Shown one piece after another: positions 48,283 to 58,747 of a stretch of 64,000 nucleotides of DNA. Under the pieces are notes generated by a model that ran no database searches, was not told the origin of the DNA, and saw nothing but the letters and a program-made list of their open reading frames with translations. The first letter of the stretch is position 1. Each line of letters begins with the position of its first letter. Both the position numbers and the translations under genes were made by a program. Source of the stretch: Clostridiales bacterium (GTDB lineage Bacteria > Bacillota > Clostridia > Christensenellales > UBA1242); assembly GCA_918292005.1 (NCBI GenBank), contig CAKJZJ010000007.1, positions 85,411 to 149,410 of the forward strand, read 5' to 3'.

Positions 48283-50457
48283 ATGGATATAGCAAAAGAA
48301 TTAAGTATGGAATTGGGTCTAACTCTCAATCATACGAATAATATTATTAGTCTTTTAGACGAAGGTTGCACAATCCCATTCATTGCCAGATACAGAAAGG
48401 AGCTTACTGGTAGTTGTGATGACCAGACACTACGTGCATTCGATGATAGACTGAAATATTTGAGAAATTTAAACAAAAGAAAAGAAGAAGTCGCAAATTT
48501 GATTACCGAACAAGGTAATATGACCGAAGAGATAGAGAAGGCTCTATCTGATGCGGTAACACTCACAGAAGTGGAAGATATTTATAGACCATTCAAGCCT
48601 AAAAGAAAAACCAGAGCATCTATTGCTATTGCAAAAGGTCTACAAGAATTGGCAAATAAGATTGTTGCCCAAAAGCCTTTTGACCTAATGGCAGAGTGTG
48701 CTAAATATATAAATCCAGAGAAAGAAGTAAACACAGCCGAAGAAGCTCTCCAGGGGGCAAAAGATATTATTGCCGAGATGATATCTGATAATGCAAATCT
48801 ACGTAAGGCATTACGTGAAGCATTGGTAGAAAAGGGCTTTATTCAATGTAAATTTGATGAAACCAAAGAGACGGCTCCAACGTATGAGATGTATAAAAAT
48901 TACAATTCCGAGATTAAAACTCTACCATCTCATAGAATACTAGCCATCAATCGTGGTGAAAAAGAAGAAGTACTCAAAGTTAGTCTTACTCTAAATGATG
49001 AGATTGCTCATGGACTCGTAGAAGACTCCATAATTATTAAAAATAGCCCATTCGAAGATTTGCTAAAAGAAGTATGTTTGGATAGTTATGATAGACTTAT
49101 TTTCCCAAGCATAGAGAGAGAAGTAAGGTCTGATCTTACGGATAAAGCAAATGAACAGGCAATTAAAATGTTCGAAGTAAACCTAAAACCATTACTCATG
49201 CAACCACCTTTGAAGGGTAAGGTTATTTTAGGACTAGATCCAGCATATAGGACGGGTTGTAAAATTGCAGTTATAGACAGTAATGGAAAGGTATTGGATA
49301 CTGCTGTCGTATATCCAACTCCACCACAGAATAAAATAGAAGAAGCAACAGCCAAACTGACACAGCTTATTATGCGTCATGATGTAGATGTAATATCTAT
49401 AGGTAATGGTACTGCCACAAAAGAGAGCGAAATTTTCGTAGCAAATCTAATAAAGACTTGCCCTAGAAAAGTAACATATGCAGTCGTTAATGAAGCAGGT
49501 GCATCTGTATATAGTGCTAGCAAATTGGGTGCTGCAGAATTCCCATCATTTGACGTAGCATTACGTAGTGCGGTATCTATCGCTAGAAGACTACAAGATC
49601 CACTAGCCGAACTGATTAAAATAGATGTAAAGTCTATCGGTGTAGGACAATACCAGCATGATATGCCACAGAATAGACTAACCGAAGTTTTGGACGGTGT
49701 GGTAGAAGATTGTGTCAATACAGTAGGTGTTGATGTCAATACAGCCAGCCCAAGCCTACTATCATTCGTAGCAGGACTAAACTCAGGTGTGGCTAAAAAT
49801 ATAGAGAAATATAGAGAAGCTAATGGTGCATTCGCCACTCGTGAAGAACTAAGGAATGTGCCAAAACTAGGCGACAAAGCCTACGAACAATGTGCAGGAT
49901 TTTTGCGTATTAATGGTGGTAAAAATGTACTAGATAATACAGGCGTACACCCAGAAAGCTATGAGACTGCATATAAACTACTCAAATATTTCAAATTGGA
50001 TATAAAAGATGTTAAGGGGGATAATCTACAATTACTACCTAAAATGCTTGAGAAAGAAGGTGCTGACAAGGTAGCAAAATCTATAGGCGTAGGAACACCA
50101 ACACTTATTGATATTGCGAATGAACTAGCAAAGCCTGGTAGAGATGTCCGTGATGATCTACCTAAACCAGTTTTAAAGAGTGCGTTATTAGGAATCGAAA
50201 ACCTAAAAGTAGGTATGGTAATGACTGGTGTAGTTAGAAATGTTATAGACTTCGGTGTATTCGTAGACATTTCCGTTCACCAAGACGGTCTCGTACATAT
50301 CAGCGAAATTAGCAAAGACTACATCAAACACCCAAGTGAAGTATTAAAAGTTGGGGATGTTGTTAAGGTAAAAGTAATAGGTATTGACCTTAATAAAAAG
50401 AGAATTTCTCTGACCATCAAAGGTGCTGTAGACGACGAAATTACAGAAGGTTTATAA
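48283..50457 (+). CDS. tex: Tex-like transcription accessory protein (YqgF, HhH and S1 domains)
   Basis: N-terminus IARYRKE.TG. LGLDPAYRTGCKIAV. C-terminal S1 motif GMVMTGVVRNVIDFGVFVDI...GLVHISE. Confidence 0.85.
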   Translation: MDIAKELSMELGLTLNHTNNIISLLDEGCTIPFIARYRKELTGSCDDQTLRAFDDRLKYLRNLNKRKEEVANLITEQGNMTEEIEKALSDAVTLTEVEDIYRPFKPKRKTRASIAIAKGLQELANKIVAQKPFDLMAECAKYINPEKEVNTAEEALQGAKDIIAEMISDNANLRKALREALVEKGFIQCKFDETKETAPTYEMYKNYNSEIKTLPSHRILAINRGEKEEVLKVSLTLNDEIAHGLVEDSIIIKNSPFEDLLKEVCLDSYDRLIFPSIEREVRSDLTDKANEQAIKMFEVNLKPLLMQPPLKGKVILGLDPAYRTGCKIAVIDSNGKVLDTAVVYPTPPQNKIEEATAKLTQLIMRHDVDVISIGNGTATKESEIFVANLIKTCPRKVTYAVVNEAGASVYSASKLGAAEFPSFDVALRSAVSIARRLQDPLAELIKIDVKSIGVGQYQHDMPQNRLTEVLDGVVEDCVNTVGVDVNTASPSLLSFVAGLNSGVAKNIEKYREANGAFATREELRNVPKLGDKAYEQCAGFLRINGGKNVLDNTGVHPESYETAYKLLKYFKLDIKDVKGDNLQLLPKMLEKEGADKVAKSIGVGTPTLIDIANELAKPGRDVRDDLPKPVLKSALLGIENLKVGMVMTGVVRNVIDFGVFVDISVHQDGLVHISEISKDYIKHPSEVLKVGDVVKVKVIGIDLNKKRISLTIKGAVDDEITEGL

Positions 50458-50464
50458 GAAAATT

Positions 50465-50490
50465 AGAATGGCATTTGCCATTCTTTTTTT
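50465..50490 (+). terminator. Intrinsic terminator, copy 2 of the identical 26-nt element
   Basis: AGAATGGCATTTGCCATTCT plus T-run. Identical to 22802-22827. Confidence 0.7.
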
Positions 50491-50502
50491 ATCTTTAATC
50501 AC

Positions 50503-50721
50503 TTATCCACAAATTCACACATTTATTTTTATAAATTATTATGTATAAATATGAATATTTGCATTTTATTACGTATTTTTGCATAAAAAACAGGGTAAAA
50601 GGGTAAAAGTTATCCACTTATCCACATATATTTGCGAGTTATCCACAATAAATGTTTGAAATATTTTCGATATTTAATCTAAAAAACGTCCAAATGTGAA
50701 TAACTTTGTGAGTTTTCCACA
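50503..50721. promoter_or_regulatory. DnaA-box cluster with adjacent AT-rich tract (candidate oriC or DnaA-binding regulatory locus)
   Basis: Perfect TTATCCACA at 50503-50511, 50618-50626 and 50639-50647. One-mismatch boxes TTATCCACT 50610-50618, TGTGAATAA 50695-50703 (reverse) and TTTTCCACA 50713-50721. AT-rich tract at 50512-50590. Confidence 0.6.
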
Positions 50722-50802
50722 TGGTTTTGGACGTTTTTGTGGGTGTAAAAACACATAATGTGCATGTATATTTGTAGGCGTTTATACATATTGATTTAAT
50801 AA

Positions 50803-52251
50803 TTAATTGGAAATAATTTTTACACCAGAATCGATTGGCGAAACTCCAGCAGGCAGGTCTTCTACTCCTTCGACCACCACGCCCGGCTGTGCTTGATAGA
50901 TTTCGTGTCTAATTTCGGTCTCATCTACCAGAGTATCTCCTAGATATTTCTGTAGATATGCCTTTGCTTCATACCCATCTTTAGGATAACTAATCCTAAA
51001 ATACTCACCTTTGAATAATACTTTGCTAGAATATTTACCATCATAATCTTGTATAATTTTATCTCCAGATGATGGAATAGTCTCCAGAGTTTCGCTACGT
51101 GTTTTATATTTATACTCTGTTGGATGTGAGTATAGATCTACGCCGACCGAATTGCTATCCGAATATGTGTGAATATATATAGGATAATCTGATACATTGG
51201 TAAATTTCAAATCGCTAGTGTATTCGGCAACCATGGCATCAAGTGCGAGTGGTACATATCTTACCGGTAGGGTATGACGGTGAACTTCATTGATTTCCAC
51301 ACCACCTAGTAATAGGGCATTATATAGTGTTGTACTGGCTTGGCATATACCACCACCAATACCATCGGTGAATTCACCATTATATATTATTGTTGCATTT
51401 TTATATCCATTTTCAGTTGATTGTGATCCTATCACATCATTGAATGATATTGTTTCGTGAGGATCCACTATCATACCATCGAATTGAGACAGGGCGAGTT
51501 TTACATTGTGCTTTCTACCACCCGTGCTATCGGAGACATTGGTGGTAAATGATGATATTTTTTGTGTTAGATTTTCATTGTATGTTTTGCTAATGGTGGG
51601 TTGTTCTTCGATAAAAGGTATGTCTACATCTATTTGGTCACTAGTTAAAAATTGTTCGTTGATACTATTGTATAGTTTGACTTTGTCTACACGTTTACCC
51701 ACCTTGCTCTCCGATATGTCAAACATTTTTTTGCTAGATGGGTCGAATGTAATTGTGCTATCGATGGGGCTAGTCTCCACAGATGCAATAATATCGTTTA
51801 TTTTATCGTCTAGTCCCTGGAATATATAATTGAATGTAACATTGATATTTCCACCCGATCTATTGAATTGAGCATGTAGGGTTCTTTCTTCTTCTTGGCC
51901 TAGGTATGCCAGTTTACTCTGACTGGCATTGATGATTGAATGCATATCGTTATTGACAATAAAGTCATCTTTATCTAACGTCCATTCGTGGTTTTTGTCA
52001 TGAATGGTCAGTTTGAAGTCTTCTGCACGCTCGTTAAATTTGTTTTTAAGCAATTCATTGGCGTCTGTTTTAGACATGCCAGATAGATTGTATCCATTGA
52101 TGACTGTGCCTGGTTGCATAGTTTTATTGATATTATCGTCTAGCACCATGAATTGTCCTAGTATTATTACCGTTACTCCTAGAGTGCATAGTGTAAGTAT
52201 AGCCAGTAGTTTATTGGTTTTACTTTTTGATGATGTTGTTTTCTTTTTCAT
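50803..52251 (-). CDS. VanW-family protein with an N-terminal membrane anchor
   Basis: GGGICQASTTLYNALLLGG motif. N-terminal TM helix. Confidence 0.75.
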   Translation of the reverse strand: MKKKTTSSKSKTNKLLAILTLCTLGVTVIILGQFMVLDDNINKTMQPGTVINGYNLSGMSKTDANELLKNKFNERAEDFKLTIHDKNHEWTLDKDDFIVNNDMHSIINASQSKLAYLGQEEERTLHAQFNRSGGNINVTFNYIFQGLDDKINDIIASVETSPIDSTITFDPSSKKMFDISESKVGKRVDKVKLYNSINEQFLTSDQIDVDIPFIEEQPTISKTYNENLTQKISSFTTNVSDSTGGRKHNVKLALSQFDGMIVDPHETISFNDVIGSQSTENGYKNATIIYNGEFTDGIGGGICQASTTLYNALLLGGVEINEVHRHTLPVRYVPLALDAMVAEYTSDLKFTNVSDYPIYIHTYSDSNSVGVDLYSHPTEYKYKTRSETLETIPSSGDKIIQDYDGKYSSKVLFKGEYFRISYPKDGYEAKAYLQKYLGDTLVDETEIRHEIYQAQPGVVVEGVEDLPAGVSPIDSGVKIISN

Positions 52252-52342
52252 ATATTATCCCCAAACATTTGCTTATAGTTAGTTTGTCTACTTTGGTGGT
52301 ATAATATGCATAAAAAAAAGACCAGCATCGCTGGTCCATAGA

Positions 52343-53374
52343 TTATTTCAATCTATATATTAATTTGCCATTGTAGAATGAGCCTTGTTGCTCTTCTGTA
52401 AGTGCCGTGGTTTGTACTACATCATCGTATGGTAATTCGTTATAATTGATGTATGATACTAGAGTAGAGTATATTAGCATTAGCGTATCGCTAGTTTTTG
52501 TGTCTAGATAGAATAGTCTTTCTACGTAGGCTGTGTAATTTTTAATACACTGTTCTTCGTTTAGGTCTAGTGCAGTTGTTGTTTGTATTCCAGCAAAGTC
52601 AATATTCTCGGTAGCACAGATATCTTTGATTAATTGAATGGTGTCGATGGCTAGTTTGTTGGTTAGATATTTTTTGGTCTCTACTTCGCCCAGGTCTTGC
52701 GCTCTCTCCAATTCTCCTAGTTTCATTAGGTAATCTTCACGTGGTGCTTTTTTGGTAAATATATCCATGAGTTCTGCCTGCCTACGCAATTCATATCTCA
52801 GATATGTTTTTAATTCACTCTGGGTAGGGGAGAGTACCATGTAATTTTTGTTTTTGCGATATTCCAATGCTTTGTAATCACGTACGAATTTGACTTCTCT
52901 ATAATGGGTAGGTGTAGAGAAATAGAATTCTATAGGGGCACAGTTGGTTGCTCCCATAAAAGGAAAGTCATCTGATGGCTTGAGTCCTAGATTGGCGCAG
53001 ACAAAGGCAGATAAATTTACTCCACTAGTCACACAGATGATGGTTGCATCATCATTGTATTTGGTGAGTATATCATTGATAGCAGCAATATTTCTCTCGA
53101 TGCACGCCTTCCAAGACTCGCCTTCGACGCTACCCACTTCATTAAATCTAGGTTCTTCATAAACGGGTACTTCGAATGTTTGATTGAGTATTTGGGCAGT
53201 CTTTTTGCAACGATAAAAATCCGATGTGTATATAGCAGTTACCTTTTGATTGCTGAGTGCTTCTGCTACTAATTGTGCATCTTTAAATCCATTAGATGTT
53301 ATATCATCAGCCTGGCTTCTTAGTTTGTGTGGATTTACTTCTCTCTCTGCATGATGACAATATATTATTCTCAT
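52343..53374 (-). CDS. Histidine phosphatase (PGAM-like) family protein with a ~170-aa C-terminal extension
   Basis: RIIYCHHAERE...DITSNGFKDAQLVAEAL...IYTSDFYRCKKTAQIL. HH stands in place of the usual RH. Confidence 0.55.
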   Translation of the reverse strand: MRIIYCHHAEREVNPHKLRSQADDITSNGFKDAQLVAEALSNQKVTAIYTSDFYRCKKTAQILNQTFEVPVYEEPRFNEVGSVEGESWKACIERNIAAINDILTKYNDDATIICVTSGVNLSAFVCANLGLKPSDDFPFMGATNCAPIEFYFSTPTHYREVKFVRDYKALEYRKNKNYMVLSPTQSELKTYLRYELRRQAELMDIFTKKAPREDYLMKLGELERAQDLGEVETKKYLTNKLAIDTIQLIKDICATENIDFAGIQTTTALDLNEEQCIKNYTAYVERLFYLDTKTSDTLMLIYSTLVSYINYNELPYDDVVQTTALTEEQQGSFYNGKLIYRLK

Positions 53375-53388
53375 ATTATGCTCTCCGA

Positions 53389-54669
53389 TTATTTTATATT
53401 TTTGAATTGATTGTGTATTTGTAATGCTGTGTCTACTAGCATTTGTTTGTCATTCTTGATTTTTAGATTTAGTACTAGATTGTATAAGGCCTGTAGTATG
53501 CGACCAATAAATTTATTATCTATACCCACGTCAATCAAGTCCTGTGGCACAATATCTAGTTCGTGTACTCCTAGTGGTAGGTTTTTGTCTTTTATATATG
53601 TGATATTGTCAGAAAGTGTCTTTTTTGATTTTTTGTTTAGACACATATCTATTACCATTCTTTCACCAGTAGAAGACTGCAGATAATTGATTGAAGCATT
53701 GATTGTGTCTTTGCCGTAGTTTAAGTTTTCTGTAATGAGTAATATTTTTTCGGTAGTACGTATATGCTGTGAACTTTCTTTCAGTCCATCGTGACCTAGT
53801 ATGCAATTAATATAGTATGCTAGGTGTTTGTGGGACAGATACGTAAATAATGTTTTGTGAATAATTATGGCGTATAGACCTACGAGTCTAGCAGTGTCTG
53901 GTAATGCATAGAAATTATCTTTTTCTGCTTTGTTTAGTTTGTGCACTTTTCTTGCTTTTCGACCCCAAATGATAGGTATTAGACGCAGTCTATTTATGTA
54001 GTCAATGAAAGCAGTGCTATGGCTATTGTATTTTAGGTCTGCCACTACACACTTTTGTAATTCATCTACAATTCTCTCTTTAGATATGGCATTGAGTCTC
54101 GTCCGATACTTTTTGATGGCACGTATAGTTTTATGCTCTATGTGGTAGTCTAGTGTACTAGCGAAACGTATGATTCGTAGTATTCTTAGTCCGTCGTCGT
54201 TTAGAGTAATGTGTGGTTGATTGGTAGTGCGTATCGTATGTGTAACTATGTCTTTAGTGCCAGATGCAGGGTCTACAATTTTATCGTCTAGTATATCGTA
54301 GTAGATAGAATTGATTGTGATGTCACGTCTGAGATAGTCGGTATCTATATCATCTACGAATTTTACTGCATTGGGAGAATGTTCTCCAGGTGTGCCATAC
54401 GATTCTACTCGGAATGGGGTGTACTCGTACGATTCTTTTTCATCACCTATATGGACTGTACCTAGTTGTTTGTTTACAATGTGTGCCTTTAATTTTAGAC
54501 TATGGGCTATAGTTATCATATCGTCGGGAGATGCATTGGAGCAAATATCTATATCATGACTGATATTGCCAATGATACTATCTCGCACATATCCACCGAC
54601 TATGTATAATCTGTGTCCCTGTGTGGCACATTTTTTAGCCAAATCTTTCAGTTTACTTGATACTTCCAT
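53389..54669 (-). CDS. cca: CCA-adding enzyme / poly(A) polymerase-family tRNA nucleotidyltransferase
   Basis: LYIVGGYVRDSIIG...HDIDI and RDITINS motifs. Confidence 0.75.
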   Translation of the reverse strand: MEVSSKLKDLAKKCATQGHRLYIVGGYVRDSIIGNISHDIDICSNASPDDMITIAHSLKLKAHIVNKQLGTVHIGDEKESYEYTPFRVESYGTPGEHSPNAVKFVDDIDTDYLRRDITINSIYYDILDDKIVDPASGTKDIVTHTIRTTNQPHITLNDDGLRILRIIRFASTLDYHIEHKTIRAIKKYRTRLNAISKERIVDELQKCVVADLKYNSHSTAFIDYINRLRLIPIIWGRKARKVHKLNKAEKDNFYALPDTARLVGLYAIIIHKTLFTYLSHKHLAYYINCILGHDGLKESSQHIRTTEKILLITENLNYGKDTINASINYLQSSTGERMVIDMCLNKKSKKTLSDNITYIKDKNLPLGVHELDIVPQDLIDVGIDNKFIGRILQALYNLVLNLKIKNDKQMLVDTALQIHNQFKNIK

Positions 54670-54869
54670 AGCATAATTATATCATTTTGTAGGTTCAAAG
54701 ACAAATTTTTGCAATCATTTTTGTTTCTAGATGTTACAAAATCACATAGCGTCCATTATATTTTCTGCAGTTTTAGAGTTTTTTTGGTTTTTTTATTGTG
54801 TAAAATGCACTTATTTGTTATACTAATTACGTATATGATAAATATAGAGTAATTCGAAAGGGAGAACCA

Positions 54870-55370
54870 ATGAAAGCAAGAAATGTACTTTTGATAATTG
54901 CAGGTGTGCTAAAGACCATTGTGGCTAGTCTAATGCTTTTCTTTGGACTATTGTCGTTGGTTCTATCTGGATTAATCAGGACTATGTATGAGCAGTCCCC
55001 AGATGCTCTGCATAAGAGTGCAAAAGAACTAGCCGAAGCAGATGCTAGATACGAATATTTGCTAGATTATACAGATGCACAATTGGTAGATTTCATGATG
55101 CATGTAGTTATGATTTTGTGCGCTGTGGCTATCATCTGGGGATTAATAATATTGACCATCGGTATATTTAATTTTCTCTATGTGAAATATTCGGAAATAT
55201 TCCTAGATGGCAAAAAATGGAAAATTATCATGATTGTGGTCACATGGGTATTCTCACCTATTGTGGTGTCAACCATTCTTACCACCATTGCTCTAGCATT
55301 GGGACGTAGAAAAAAGATTAATAATAACGATAAAAACACCAGTCCAGACATAGAGTCTTTTCAGGTGTAG
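54870..55370 (+). CDS. Hypothetical membrane protein (4 TM helices)
   Basis: ORF with SD AGGGAGAA. Hydrophobic helices. Confidence 0.6.
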   Translation: MKARNVLLIIAGVLKTIVASLMLFFGLLSLVLSGLIRTMYEQSPDALHKSAKELAEADARYEYLLDYTDAQLVDFMMHVVMILCAVAIIWGLIILTIGIFNFLYVKYSEIFLDGKKWKIIMIVVTWVFSPIVVSTILTTIALALGRRKKINNNDKNTSPDIESFQV

Positions 55371-55382
55371 GAGGATATATTT

Positions 55383-55772
55383 ATGAAAGGTGCTATGGGC
55401 AAAAGATTTGCATATTTGCTAGCGAGCATATTTAGAATATTTATGTTTTTCGCATGTTTAATTGCATATATTGTGGTAAAACTAGCAGTAAAGCCACCTA
55501 TTGACTGGCTAAACGCATTACTATTGTCTCTCAGTATTGGTGGACTACTATCTGGTGCTTTCAATCTAATCATGTGTGGATTTTCGGCATATGGATATAA
55601 GAAAAATCTTACACTGCAGATATGTGACTTCATTCTTACATTTATTACCGGTGGATTTGTAGGTACAGCATTTGCTGGTATTGGACTTTTCACTAGAGTA
55701 CGTGAAGAAGATATTACTAGCGAAGGTATAGCGATTGCTGTGCCAAAAAGGAGCGAAAATGAAGAAAAATAG
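55383..55772 (+). CDS. Hypothetical membrane protein (4 TM helices)
   Basis: ORF with SD GGAGGA. Hydrophobic helices. Confidence 0.6.
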   Translation: MKGAMGKRFAYLLASIFRIFMFFACLIAYIVVKLAVKPPIDWLNALLLSLSIGGLLSGAFNLIMCGFSAYGYKKNLTLQICDFILTFITGGFVGTAFAGIGLFTRVREEDITSEGIAIAVPKRSENEEK

Positions 55773-56334
55773 AAATGGATTATTACTGGCTGCTAGCATC
55801 TTTAGTTATATATCCGTATTGGTAAGTATAGCAGTAATATTCATACTATCCTTTGACCTATTTGGTTTGGCTACGGCATATGCTATTCAGATGGAAAAAA
55901 TGGGTGTATATGTCGATACTGAGATTACATTTATGTGTATTAATGTGGGACTGGGAGCCTGCATTGATCTGTACTATGGTAATATCTACATCAAGGGCTA
56001 TAAGTATAGGGTAAATAATGTTATGTATGGCAAGAGAGTATTGTGGTGTGGTGTATTTCAATTATTGTTTGCATCTAGAATAGCAGGAATAATAGCACTA
56101 ATAGCCGGATATAAAATTCAGAATGATAGAGCACCTAGGCCACAGCCAGAGCCTATTGAGCCTAATGTTCAGCCTACCATCCAGACAGATACTCCCAAGG
56201 TTAATCCTAGTGTGCCAGAATATAAATTAAAGGCGATGAGTGAAGCAATCACTAGACTAAAGGAATTGCGTGCTCAAGGGGCTATTAGTGAAGAAGAATA
56301 TTATGCTACTCTAGATAAAATAATAGAAGGTTGA
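55759..56334 (+). CDS. Membrane protein with a C-terminal SHOCT-like motif
   Basis: ATG 55759 follows AAGGAG. C-terminus LKELRAQGAISEEEYYATLDKII. Confidence 0.6.
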   Translation: MKKNRNGLLLAASIFSYISVLVSIAVIFILSFDLFGLATAYAIQMEKMGVYVDTEITFMCINVGLGACIDLYYGNIYIKGYKYRVNNVMYGKRVLWCGVFQLLFASRIAGIIALIAGYKIQNDRAPRPQPEPIEPNVQPTIQTDTPKVNPSVPEYKLKAMSEAITRLKELRAQGAISEEEYYATLDKIIEG

Positions 56335-56335
56335 T

Positions 56336-57364
56336 ATGGATTATAGTAAATGTAAAAATTGTGGTGCAACGTACAAATTTGATCCAGCATCTGGAAATTT
56401 AAAATGCATAAAGTGTGGCAGTGAGATTGTCCTGGAAAATAATGCTAATTTCCGTATGCACGATATTGACATGAAGGCTCCAATATTAGATAAAAACGAA
56501 GAACCCCATGCTGTACATTTAAAATGTATTAATTGTGGTTCGGAATTTGAGTCCACAGACACCAGTATGTCAATTACTTGTATGTATTGTGGCTCAAATG
56601 TCGTGCAAGACCTAGATATCTCTAGTAGAAGGCCAGATGGTGTAATTCCATTTACATTTGTCAAGGAAGATGCTAGACAAAAATTTTTAGACGGTCTACA
56701 AAAGAAAAGATTTATACCCAATGCTATGAAAAGGGGGGACGTTCCCCTAGAGATAGATAGTATCTACATACCTGCATTTAAATTTACTTGCGATACTACC
56801 AGTAATTATGATGGTAAAATATATGAAGACTATGAAGACGCAGATGGAGATAAACATAGGAATTATAGGCATATAAGTGGCGCTCTCACTACAGTAACGG
56901 ATAATATCCTAATAGAGTGTAGTAAGTTTTTAGATCAAACTACCTTGAATGGCATTAGACCTTTCAATCTAAATCAATGTTATAAATTTGATGATGGCTT
57001 CATTATGGGATATTCGGTAGAATTTTATAATCGTCAAATGGGTGAAATCAGGGACATCGCTGTAAAAGGGGTAGAGAGAGATGTTCGCTCAAAGATATTA
57101 TCTAGATATCACTATGATGGTGTGTCTTATCTGAATGTGGATACCAAATATAATCGTAGTGCCTATGCACATTTGATTTTGCCTACATATAGGGTAAAAT
57201 ACCAGTTTGGCAAAAAGTCTTATTATACATTTATGAATGGACAAACAGGAAAAGTGGGAAGTAACGTACCTAGATCGGGTGCAAAGATATTCTGGACAGT
57301 ACTAGGTATACTGGGAATAGTTGGAGCAATCGTAGGTGCAATAGTCGCAGCATTAACAAAATAA
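56336..57364 (+). CDS. Zinc-ribbon protein with a C-terminal TM anchor
   Basis: Three CxxC...CxxC pairs (CKNCG..CIKCG, CINCG..CMYCG). C-terminal hydrophobic helix. Confidence 0.6.
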   Translation: MDYSKCKNCGATYKFDPASGNLKCIKCGSEIVLENNANFRMHDIDMKAPILDKNEEPHAVHLKCINCGSEFESTDTSMSITCMYCGSNVVQDLDISSRRPDGVIPFTFVKEDARQKFLDGLQKKRFIPNAMKRGDVPLEIDSIYIPAFKFTCDTTSNYDGKIYEDYEDADGDKHRNYRHISGALTTVTDNILIECSKFLDQTTLNGIRPFNLNQCYKFDDGFIMGYSVEFYNRQMGEIRDIAVKGVERDVRSKILSRYHYDGVSYLNVDTKYNRSAYAHLILPTYRVKYQFGKKSYYTFMNGQTGKVGSNVPRSGAKIFWTVLGILGIVGAIVGAIVAALTK

Positions 57365-57377
57365 TAGTGAGGACGAT

Positions 57378-58712
57378 ATGGATAGTGTATTATCAGACAT
57401 AAAGAAATATGGATTAATTAAACCAAAGGAGAGAGTGGCTGTAGCCTGTTCGGGCGGTAAAGACAGTATGGCGTTGCTACATTTTTTATGGAGCAATAGA
57501 GAAGAATTGAAATGTGATGTGGTGGCAGTCAATGTAGACCATAGTATACGTGAGACTAGTACCAATGATAGCGCTTTTGTTACCAATTATTGCAATAAAA
57601 TGGGTATCAAATTGTACTCTTTCAAGGTAAATGCTGTGAAATTTGCCGAAGATAAAAAAATGACTCTAGAACAGGGTGCTAGAGAATGTAGATATAAAGT
57701 ATTTAAAAGCCTAGTGAATAAAGGTATTGTAGATAAAATTGCTCTAGCTCATCATCTGCAAGACCAGGCAGAGACCATACTTCTCAATATCTTCCGTGGT
57801 ACTGGTATTGCTGGTGCTAGTGGTATGGATTATCAGAGAGATAAAATATTTATCCGTCCAATGTTGAATGTGACACGTCCACAGATATATGCATACATAG
57901 AGATGAATAATATTCCGTATGTGGAAGATGAGACCAACCAGGACAATGAGTATAATAGAAACTATATCCGTAATAAAATAATGCCACTCATTCGTAATCG
58001 TTGGCCAGTAGCCGATGTTGCTATTAGCAATTTCGGCAAAAACTGCAGACAGGACGAAGAGTATATACAATCATGCATTAGTGATGATGCTATAATGGTA
58101 GAAGATGGTTTAGCACGCATATATAGTAATTATTTCGTATATCCAGATGCGTATGTATTCCGTCTAATACTACGTGCATGCAAAGCAATAGGGACTACTA
58201 CCAATATTGAGCGTAAACATCTACGTATTATCAAAGATATGGCAGTCGAGGCTGAAAATGGCGCAAAAATAAGCCTACCTAATGGTATTTCTGTTATTAA
58301 AGAATACAATTTCATAACTATTACCAATAGAAATATGAAAGCAAGTAATAAATCATATCCTTTCGTAAAAGGCAAACTAGATATCAATAATTTTGGACTA
58401 ATTGAGACATTCGTTATCAAGAAATTTAATGTTGGCGAGTATTCTCACATAATTGATGCTGCCAAATTGCCTAAAGATGCCGAATGGAGATTTAGAAAAG
58501 ATGGCGATACATTCGAAAAATTCGGTGGTGGAACTAAATCTCTTAGCGATTATCTAATAGATAAAAAAGTTCCTATTAGACTACGTAATACTATTCCAGT
58601 ACTAGCATCTGGTAATGAGATACTTATAATTGCTGGCGTGGAGATATCCGATAAAGTAAAAATAGATAGATCTACCAAAACCGGCTATGGTATCAATGTG
58701 GTAAGATTTTAA
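57378..58712 (+). CDS. tilS: tRNA(Ile)-lysidine synthetase
   Basis: PP-loop VACSGGKDS. LAHHLQDQAET. C-terminal TilS domain GDTFEKFGGGTKSLSDYLIDKKVP. Confidence 0.85.
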   Translation: MDSVLSDIKKYGLIKPKERVAVACSGGKDSMALLHFLWSNREELKCDVVAVNVDHSIRETSTNDSAFVTNYCNKMGIKLYSFKVNAVKFAEDKKMTLEQGARECRYKVFKSLVNKGIVDKIALAHHLQDQAETILLNIFRGTGIAGASGMDYQRDKIFIRPMLNVTRPQIYAYIEMNNIPYVEDETNQDNEYNRNYIRNKIMPLIRNRWPVADVAISNFGKNCRQDEEYIQSCISDDAIMVEDGLARIYSNYFVYPDAYVFRLILRACKAIGTTTNIERKHLRIIKDMAVEAENGAKISLPNGISVIKEYNFITITNRNMKASNKSYPFVKGKLDINNFGLIETFVIKKFNVGEYSHIIDAAKLPKDAEWRFRKDGDTFEKFGGGTKSLSDYLIDKKVPIRLRNTIPVLASGNEILIIAGVEISDKVKIDRSTKTGYGINVVRF

Positions 58713-58747
58713 TTAAAAAAACACCTAAAACTAGGTGTTTTTTCTTT

